Source: Pseudomonadota bacterium (GTDB lineage: Bacteria; Pseudomonadota; Gammaproteobacteria; Legionellales; Legionellaceae). From it: a DNA stretch of 38,408 nucleotides. The notes below the pieces were generated by a model. That model had not been told where the DNA came from, did no database searches, and saw only the letters and a list, made by a program, of their open reading frames with translations. The translations under genes were made by a program, and so were the position numbers. Where the stretch lies: positions 1 to 38,408 of the forward strand of contig JAJZSG010000001.1 in the NCBI GenBank assembly GCA_021849905.1, written 5' to 3'. Positions 29,164-35,262 of this stretch are shown here, piece by piece (within the stretch, counting starts at the first letter, position 1; each line of letters begins with the position of its first letter).

Positions 29164-29364
29164 TTAATGAACGTGGTGGTTGGGGTGGCCTTGCTCCGCC
29201 ATACAACTTTTAAATTCAGCGGCACTATAGGCCTCAATTGATAATCGACTTAAATCTCGGATACAAAGCTCTTGATATGCTGCTGCTAAGTGATCAGTGC
29301 ATAGGCCTAAGAGTTCAGCTAAGTCCCGTTGGCTATACGTCCTCATTCTTGATATTTCAAACAT
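29164..29364 (-). CDS. Small 66-aa protein, paralog of 30266..30463
   Basis: Gapless alignment with the 65-aa ORF gives about one third identity (I..T..Q..L...L..C...L..A.Q...I..L...S.EA..A..F..C ... H at the C-terminus). Its ATG overlaps the stop of an upstream short frame (TAATG). Confidence 0.55.
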   Translation of the reverse strand: MFEISRMRTYSQRDLAELLGLCTDHLAAAYQELCIRDLSRLSIEAYSAAEFKSCMAEQGHPNHHVH

Positions 29365-29486
29365 TATCTCGCTCCTAAAAGGCGTTTCATTTTTGCCAAA
29401 TTCTCTTCGCCAATAGCGCTGCTTTGCGAACTAGCGATTAAGGGAATGTCATGCGTTTCCTGCAATTTAAGTCCTTGCTTAACCAT
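29364..29486 (-). CDS. Short coupled ORF (40 aa from ATG); the frame is open about 38 codons further upstream without a canonical start
   Basis: The TAATG overlap with the 66-aa gene suggests translation. The upstream in-frame part (VKTVFKIELDSEAYSLFKLAYEEVCLMVKQGL) looks ribbon-helix-helix-like, but I see no ATG/GTG/TTG start with an SD. Confidence 0.25.
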   Translation of the reverse strand: MVKQGLKLQETHDIPLIASSQSSAIGEENLAKMKRLLGAR

Positions 29487-29663
29487 CAAACACACTTCCT
29501 CATAAGCCAGCTTGAATAACGAATATGCTTCTGAGTCCAGTTCAATCTTAAAAACCGTCTTTACCCCAAATTTAGGGTAAAAAAACCCCGTGAAACCTGT
29601 TTTGTTTCTTTTTTAAACTGCTTTAATGACCTTACTTACCCTATCGATGACGAAATATCGGAT

Positions 29664-30026
29664 TTATCCATCGTCAAACCCGTTTGTTAGCGCAAGCTCT
29701 CCTGGCTTCAACAACGAATTGATTTTGATATCCTCGAGCATAACCTCAAGCATTTGATTCATGACATACACCTCACCCACCATAACCCCTGATTGTTGAG
29801 ATTTTCGCGCATTGTCATTTTGACCATCCCAACTCAGTGGCCCCTCATCAAACCGCGTCATTTCAATCCGGTGTTTCACATCAACAAGACGCGCGACTTG
29901 ACTCTCATGATTTTCAACAGAAGATGACGCAAAAGGCATGCCGTTTAATACCACGGCAAATGCACAGCTCATGCCCACCAGTGCAATGAACGCCATCAGC
30001 GGGATACCTTTGATAACCTGTTTCAT
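29664..30026 (-). CDS. Hypothetical exported/membrane-anchored protein (120 aa)
   Basis: N-terminal hydrophobic segment IPLMAFIALVGMSCAFAVVL. AAGGAAGG SD. Confidence 0.55.
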   Translation of the reverse strand: MKQVIKGIPLMAFIALVGMSCAFAVVLNGMPFASSSVENHESQVARLVDVKHRIEMTRFDEGPLSWDGQNDNARKSQQSGVMVGEVYVMNQMLEVMLEDIKINSLLKPGELALTNGFDDG

Positions 30027-30107
30027 ACGGCCTTCCTTATTGTTATGGTTAGTGAAATGGGTCTTGCCTGACTATTTCACACTTCAAGTATTCAACTACC
30101 ATGGCGG

Positions 30108-30245
30108 CTAAATGGCTGTGGCCGATAGTCCGATTAACCGGTGAATGCCCAAACGAACCTGATTGCCCTTGACGCCAAGGACTGAAATAAACATATCTTC
30201 CCCAATGACGATGGACTGGTTCATGTTCCTCGTTAAAATTAACAT
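30108..30245 (-). CDS. CsrA-like RNA-binding regulator, apparently truncated or frameshifted (45 aa in frame)
   Basis: Not in the ORF track because it is under 60 aa. It translates to [45 protein letters not shown]. The first 34 residues align with E. coli Csr[35 protein letters not shown], after which similarity stops abruptly. Confidence 0.65.
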   Translation of the reverse strand: MLILTRNMNQSIVIGEDMFISVLGVKGNQVRLGIHRLIGLSATAI

Positions 30246-30265
30246 TACGTTTTTTCCTTATGGTT

Positions 30266-30463
30266 TTAGTGAATTCGGTAATTATTGTTCTGCATGGCTA
30301 ACTCACATCTCAAAAACTGGCACGCTAATGTCGCCTCAAAAGACGCTTCAAATAACGAGTCAATTTCTGTGGCTTGCCACGCTTGCGTCAACTGATGTGC
30401 GCATTGGCTTAGAACGTGGAGTAACTCCTCTTGATTGAACGTTTTAAGATTAGCAATAGCCAT
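30266..30463 (-). CDS. Small 65-aa protein, paralog of 29164..29364 (lvrB-like position upstream of the csrA-like gene)
   Basis: Paralogy as described above. It overlaps the upstream gene's stop by 14 nt and sits 20 nt upstream of the csrA-like ATG. Confidence 0.55.
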   Translation of the reverse strand: MAIANLKTFNQEELLHVLSQCAHQLTQAWQATEIDSLFEASFEATLACQFLRCELAMQNNNYRIH

Positions 30464-31127
30464 GAAGCAGACTCCCTAATGATATGTTGTTGTTTTTGAT
30501 GCGACTGACCGCACGTTTAGTTTTCTGTCTGTGATAATAAGACACCTCTTCATCAGCCACGTCAGGTATCGTGAACCCCTCAGAAATACGCACGCATACT
30601 TTTGCATAAGCTTTTGAGAACGTCTGAAACGCCTCGTGCGTATACGCTGAATTAACCACATCAACACCGACGTACTTCACCGTGAATTTCACCGCTTTAT
30701 GACTCCACTTGGGCGATGAATAAAGCGCGTTTTGGCGCGCCTCAGCAAACGCTTTATGAACGCTCGGCAAAGCACCTGTTTTGCCCTTTAAACACAAATG
30801 TCTAAACTGCGTCACATTAGGAGGCCAGGTTTCAAAACGCTCATCACGTAACATGGCATGCAGACCACATCTCACCTCATCTTCGGTTAAATCATTCAGT
30901 GCGTACTGCCAAACACGCGCATTTTTTACATCCGTTGCGTTGGAAAAACGCGCGCCATAAATATCAGTTAACTGGACCCAAATCGTCGACACTAAGCATT
31001 CTGACTGTAGCGGGTTGATGTGCTGCTCCTCGCCGGTTGAATCGTCGTGACGTCTGATTGAACTCAAGGCCACCTCCTTGGGTAAACATCGCGATGACAC
31101 GCTCTGAAGGGGTTTGACGTTGCTCAT
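30450..31127 (-). CDS. Phage lambda replication protein P-like protein
   Basis: Start set at MSNVKPLQ (AAGGAG SD 8 nt upstream). VWQYALNDLTEDEVRCGLHAMLRDERFETWPPNVTQFRHLCLKGKTGALPSVHKAF...WSHKAVKF parallels lambda P RRQWVLAFRENGITTMEQVNAGMRVARRQNRPFLPSPGQFVAWCREEASVTAGLPNVSEL...WKSNAHYW (recalled). Confidence 0.6.
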   Translation of the reverse strand: MSNVKPLQSVSSRCLPKEVALSSIRRHDDSTGEEQHINPLQSECLVSTIWVQLTDIYGARFSNATDVKNARVWQYALNDLTEDEVRCGLHAMLRDERFETWPPNVTQFRHLCLKGKTGALPSVHKAFAEARQNALYSSPKWSHKAVKFTVKYVGVDVVNSAYTHEAFQTFSKAYAKVCVRISEGFTIPDVADEEVSYYHRQKTKRAVSRIKNNNISLGSLLHGYC

Positions 31128-31974
31128 TTGAATCGCTCCTTGAATAGGTATGCTTGGTTTTAGGTTGTTCTGCTTTGGCCTTCTGCGCTTTCTCTCGTTC
31201 GAGGACAGATTGTGCCCACATGATGAAAACATAGTCATAGTTACGCCAAATGCTCCCGTTTGCTTGATTAAACAGAATGAATTTTCTTAGCTCATCAGGA
31301 TCGGTTGCCTTGGAAAAGCCCAAGCTTAACGCTTTGTCGATCGCAAACTGGGAGGGATAGAAATCGTCGCTGATTGGTTTTTTTATTCCCACTAACTCTT
31401 CCGACACAGAGTTGTTATTATTGGGTTGAAAATTGGGTTTAATCGCGTGTGCGTTGATGGGGGCAACCAAATCAGCTGTGTACGGTTCTGTGTATTCTTC
31501 TGTGTTAAATTCATCCTCAAAAATGGGCTTTCCCTCAATTTTTGTAGGGGTTGTAGCTGTGTAAAATACCTTGTTTTTATCTGTGTACACTTCTGTGGAT
31601 TCAAAATGTGATGCATAGATCGCTGGTAATGTAGGGAGCTGTATTTTAAGCGCTTGACCATCACTGATAATTTTAAAATGATCGCCGCATTGTGATTGAA
31701 TGGTTCGCAAATAACTTCGGATCGTTTGCTTTTGAGGGGTGCCGGAGTCTTTACGGCCTGGAGCTGCATTGACGGTTAATGTAGAAGCTAGATCACTGTA
31801 GGTGATGTTTTCGACGATTCCCGATTCAGGGTTCGCCCTAGTAATCAGTAGATTAACTAACCTTGAAATAGCATGAGGCAATCCCTCAAAACAGGCCTCG
31901 ATCGCTGTTCTTGCGTCGTTATATTTTGCAACTTCTGCTAAATAATCATATAAAAATATAGAACTAGACATCAT
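30964..31974 (-). CDS. Replication-initiator-like protein (N-terminal winged-helix, C-terminal DnaT/phage-O-like segment); lvrA-like position
   Basis: Start moved to MMSSSIFLYDYL (GAGG SD). The N-terminal half is wHTH-like (ITYSDLASTLTV...TIRSYLRTIQ). The C-terminus FYPSQFAIDKALSLGF...ELRKFILFNQANGSIWRNYDYVFIMW resembles the DnaT-like module found in phage O-type initiators. The last 54 codons overlap the P-like gene. Confidence 0.5.
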   Translation of the reverse strand: MMSSSIFLYDYLAEVAKYNDARTAIEACFEGLPHAISRLVNLLITRANPESGIVENITYSDLASTLTVNAAPGRKDSGTPQKQTIRSYLRTIQSQCGDHFKIISDGQALKIQLPTLPAIYASHFESTEVYTDKNKVFYTATTPTKIEGKPIFEDEFNTEEYTEPYTADLVAPINAHAIKPNFQPNNNNSVSEELVGIKKPISDDFYPSQFAIDKALSLGFSKATDPDELRKFILFNQANGSIWRNYDYVFIMWAQSVLEREKAQKAKAEQPKTKHTYSRSDSNEQRQTPSERVIAMFTQGGGLEFNQTSRRFNRRGAAHQPATVRMLSVDDLGPVN

Positions 31975-32200
31975 TACCTCTATTTTTTTCTTATAGAGGC
32001 AAAACTGCCGTGTTTTCTCACAACATTGTATGTTATCATAAACACAGGCAATCATTGCCTTAGACAATAGCTGGAAGTTTCTCGTCGCCAAACAGTGGCT
32101 TCCAGCGGGCTAATAAATCGTAAGTACTTTTTTTAAAAATCCATTAAAACTTAGCCATTAAGCTACACGGTATAATCGTGATTGATTTTTGGTCTAAAGT

Positions 32201-32242
32201 TACACTTTAAAGTGTAGAGATAGTTTAACACTCTAAAGTGTA
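32201..32242. promoter_or_regulatory. Two operator-like boxes: perfect palindrome TACACTTTAAAGTGTA (32201-32216) and variant AACACTCTAAAGTGTA (32227-32242)
   Basis: Read directly from the sequence. The boxes are 26 bp apart, centre to centre, between the divergent repressor and O-like genes. Both are followed by GA. Confidence 0.6.
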
Positions 32243-32250
32243 GATCTCAA
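32222..32250 (-). promoter_or_regulatory. Candidate leftward promoter (TTGAGA - 17 bp - TAAACT) whose spacer is the second operator box
   Basis: The -35 is the reverse complement of 32245-32250 and the -10 is the reverse complement of 32222-32227. It faces the O-like/P-like/csrA-like genes. Confidence 0.35.
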
Positions 32251-32320
32251 TAGCTGCTTACTTTAATTGTTACTGCTTATTAATTCCTATAAGCTCTAAC
32301 TTAAAAATGATATTAAATAG

Positions 32321-32956
32321 ATGAATAAACTCAGCGCGAACCTCAAGAATTTATTATTTAACGCCAAGATAAGCGAAAATGAGCTCGCACGTAAAACGGG
32401 CGTTGCCCAACAGGTTATCAATAGAATTTTGTCAGGAGAAAATAAAAACCCAAAAATTGCGACCTTAAGTCCATTAGCTAACTATTTTATGGTTTCAATC
32501 AGCCAATTAATTGGTGATGAAAATTTTGATGTCAAACCAAAACTAAATACTGTCCATTTAGGCTGGCAAGAAATTCCGATAATTGATTGGGATTTTCTCA
32601 GTAAAAAATCACTAAACGAGCTTTTATCACAAAGCAATGAAAAAATATTAGTCGATATTGGTTTTTCTAAAAATATATTCGCCTTAAGAATGAATGATGA
32701 TTCGATGGAGCCCAAGTTGTCTAATGGGGCCATTTTAGTATTTGACCCCAATAAAAAGCCGTCTAATGGGGATTTCTCCTTACTTGAGCTACCAAACAAT
32801 GAAATAGAAGTCAGGCAAATATTAATCAAAGGCAAAAAAATTTATAAAAAATGTTTAAGTCCATCGCACAAAGACTATAAATCAACACAAATATCAGAAG
32901 ACACTAAGTATCTTGGCTTGCTCATTCAATCAAGAACAGATCATATTATCCGTTGA
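32321..32956 (+). CDS. CI/LexA-like repressor (XRE HTH + S24 peptidase-like C-terminal domain); lvrR-like position
   Basis: 211 aa. The N-terminal HTH is ISENELARKTGVAQQVINRILSG. The C-terminal domain has the DDSMEP serine motif and a GDF...EVRQIL segment colinear with lambda CI GDSM...GDF...FKKL. Confidence 0.85.
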   Translation: MNKLSANLKNLLFNAKISENELARKTGVAQQVINRILSGENKNPKIATLSPLANYFMVSISQLIGDENFDVKPKLNTVHLGWQEIPIIDWDFLSKKSLNELLSQSNEKILVDIGFSKNIFALRMNDDSMEPKLSNGAILVFDPNKKPSNGDFSLLELPNNEIEVRQILIKGKKIYKKCLSPSHKDYKSTQISEDTKYLGLLIQSRTDHIIR

Positions 32957-33689
32957 GTTTAAGTGAGACAATTAAATTATCCTTAATGCATACAACAGAA
33001 GGATGGTGACAGGCGCCACGTTCTTTTCTTTTTAATAAAAACGCTAAAAAACTTGCTGGCCAGACAGCAATTAATCCATATAACAGCTTGAATATCAAAG
33101 CGCTAGCCATAAGATAAATAATTTGTTTTGTCGGCATCATCCCGAAAAACGTAATAATACCAGAAATAAATGTTGCTGCTCCTTCGCTTATACTGGAAGC
33201 TAAGAGGCTTCTATACCAAAAAGCTCTTCCTTTCATTTTATATTTCCACCTTGTAAAGAGATGGATGTTTAAAAACGAGCTAATCAGAAAACCAACTACT
33301 CCAGCATTTGTAAATCGTAAAACATGACCTAATACCTGATTGTAAGCACCGGTATTATCCCAATAATCAGGGGCAGGAAATAAATTTACGGCTGTTAACA
33401 ACAACGCGAATATGTAACCACAGCATATTGATTCTAAAATCAATTTCTTTGCAAGATCTTTTCCATAACTTTCCGCATAAACATTTGCTAAAAAAAACGA
33501 AAATGTGTAAATCAACGTGGAACCAGGTTCTGGAACTGGGCCAATAATCACAATTCTATATGCAACCACTGTTGCTGCCAATAAAAAAGTAATATATACC
33601 ATGGCCACTAATCGTATGTATCTATAGTTTTCTGTAATTTGTGGATCCAAATTATTGTTTGATATTACATTGTTCATTGGCATATTCAT
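32946..33689 (-). CDS. VUT-family (YhhQ/DUF165-like, queuosine-precursor transporter family) membrane protein
   Basis: 247 aa with about 6 TM segments. The FSFFLANVYAESYGKDLAKK segment resembles the conserved xDxxxExYG motif region of this family. Confidence 0.55.
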   Translation of the reverse strand: MNMPMNNVISNNNLDPQITENYRYIRLVAMVYITFLLAATVVAYRIVIIGPVPEPGSTLIYTFSFFLANVYAESYGKDLAKKLILESICCGYIFALLLTAVNLFPAPDYWDNTGAYNQVLGHVLRFTNAGVVGFLISSFLNIHLFTRWKYKMKGRAFWYRSLLASSISEGAATFISGIITFFGMMPTKQIIYLMASALIFKLLYGLIAVWPASFLAFLLKRKERGACHHPSVVCIKDNLIVSLKLNG

Positions 33690-34204
33690 TCTTCATCATT
33701 ATCCCGAAAATCATCTATTGCTTGCTCTTGGATAGCAGTGCTTATAATAATTTTTAGGTCATCGTGTCCGAACTTGGTTAACAATGCGGAATCACAATAC
33801 AGCTCGTGTGCTAACCACCTCTCTTCGCCATCCTCTTGAAACTTCTTGATAATGAAAACTGTTTTGCCTTTTAAAAACTCTTGCCTTTTAATACGGCACT
33901 TTGGTGCGTTTTCACTTTTTTTATTGCTTTGTTGAATAGCATAAAAAGTTATTGCTCTCACATCAAACGAGGAAAATTCTTCAAGCATTACATCATCTAC
34001 AACCAGCTCTTTAGGGGAATAGGGAACGACTTGTTTTTTAATTCCATTAACTAACACGAGTAATGTCACTTCATTCGTTTCTTTATTGGTTTCTATATTG
34101 ACGATTTTAAATCGACAACTTTTAGATTCTTTACGAAATTCATTGTAACTTATTGCCAAATCAGCAAACCATTTTGTTAATATTTTTGATCTATCCCAAT
34201 CCAT
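33686..34204 (-). CDS. Hypothetical 172-aa cytoplasmic protein
   Basis: ATGA overlap with the downstream transporter gene, and 12 nt after the asparaginase stop. No recognisable domain. Confidence 0.6.
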   Translation of the reverse strand: MDWDRSKILTKWFADLAISYNEFRKESKSCRFKIVNIETNKETNEVTLLVLVNGIKKQVVPYSPKELVVDDVMLEEFSSFDVRAITFYAIQQSNKKSENAPKCRIKRQEFLKGKTVFIIKKFQEDGEERWLAHELYCDSALLTKFGHDDLKIIISTAIQEQAIDDFRDNDEE

Positions 34205-34216
34205 AAAGTAAGAACC

Positions 34217-35230
34217 TTAATATTGATTGAAAATTCTTTGAATTTCCATCTTGTTTCGCGTTTTTGATAATGCAACAGCTAATAAAATTCTCGCTTTCTG
34301 AGGATTCAATGAACCACCTGCGATAATACCATACTCATCATCGATTTTTTCGTCTGTGTTAATAAATCCTTGTCCTGTTCTTGAGCACCTGACAACATAA
34401 ACGCCTTTGCAACTTGCCTTGTTTAATGCTTCTGTAACTTCGTTGGGTTGATACCCTTTTCCCATTCCTGCACTAATAATCCCTTGTGCATTATTTTCTA
34501 TAGCCGCTTTAACAAAAGTAGAATCCATGCCAATATGACCATAAATTATAAATATCTTCGCAAAATTACTCATGTCATGTATACTAAATTCGCTGCGATA
34601 GGTATGCCTGTTTTGAACCATACTGTGAATGCGTATTTTGTTTGATTGAATAAAACCAATTACTCCAGACCCATTTATTGAAAAATTTCCCATTACTGAG
34701 GGATTTAGCTTGGATGCATCACGAGCGCTGACGATGCCGTCATTAAATGTGAGTACAACACCAATTTTTGATTCATTTCTATTGCTTGCAAGTAATATTG
34801 CATTATATAAATTTCTATCCCCATCATAACCTAGAGCATTAAATGGCCTAAATGATCCTGTAAAAACTATAGGCTTTTTTGTATTAATCACCAAACTTAA
34901 GAAATAAGCTGTTTCTTCTATGCTGTTAGTTCCATGCGTAATAACAATTCCATCTACGTCATCACTATTTACCAATTCGTTAACTTTTTTTGCTAATAAA
35001 AACAAATCATCATGACTAATTTCGTGGCTGATTTGATGTAAAATTTGATCGCAAACGATGGTTAGCTTTTCTGGATCAAAAGGAAGAGCCGCAATAAGCT
35101 CATTTATATTAATCGATGAGCGGTTATAAAACTCTTCTGTATGTTGGTTTGCAACAGAAGCAATTGTACCACCTAGTGCAAGGACATATATTCGTTGTTT
35201 TCTATCTAGATTAAACATGAGTTTATTCAC
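34217..35230 (-). CDS. L-asparaginase family protein
   Basis: VLALGGTIAS (the TGGTIA-type threonine motif) and GIVITHGTNSIEETAYFL (the HGTDT motif, here HGTNS). Confidence 0.8.
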   Translation of the reverse strand: MNKLMFNLDRKQRIYVLALGGTIASVANQHTEEFYNRSSININELIAALPFDPEKLTIVCDQILHQISHEISHDDLFLLAKKVNELVNSDDVDGIVITHGTNSIEETAYFLSLVINTKKPIVFTGSFRPFNALGYDGDRNLYNAILLASNRNESKIGVVLTFNDGIVSARDASKLNPSVMGNFSINGSGVIGFIQSNKIRIHSMVQNRHTYRSEFSIHDMSNFAKIFIIYGHIGMDSTFVKAAIENNAQGIISAGMGKGYQPNEVTEALNKASCKGVYVVRCSRTGQGFINTDEKIDDEYGIIAGGSLNPQKARILLAVALSKTRNKMEIQRIFNQY

Positions 35231-35262
35231 CTGATTTATACTTTATGGTGGGCATAAATAAA

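Larger units (their letters stand above)
2171..32956 (-). mobile_element. F-type conjugative transfer module (oriT-traM, tra/trb operon, exclusion genes, csrA-like / O-P-like / CI-like control region)
   Basis: Near-complete set of F-like Tra/Trb proteins in F-like order on the minus strand. Junctions are tightly packed or overlapping (ATGA, TGATG, TAATG). A MOB-F relaxase and a TraD coupling protein are present. Confidence 0.9.

Noticed and set aside
16924-29237. Long N-terminal extensions in the ORF track for traF (to 16989), traN (to 18652), trbC (to 19106), traE (to 27002) and traT (to 29237)
   Set aside because: Internal starts give proper signal peptides or lipoboxes with SD sequences. 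They also produce the stop/start coupling seen elsewhere in the operon, and the extensions would bury the signal peptides.
30163-30438. Plus-strand 91-aa ORF
   Set aside because: It is antisense to both the csrA-like gene and the 65-aa paralog, each of which has an SD and a homology or paralogy signal.
31392-31769. ORFs 31392..31769 (minus, other frame) and 31426..31611 (plus) inside the O-like gene
   Set aside because: They are alternative frames of a gene with recognisable N- and C-terminal modules, and nothing supports them.
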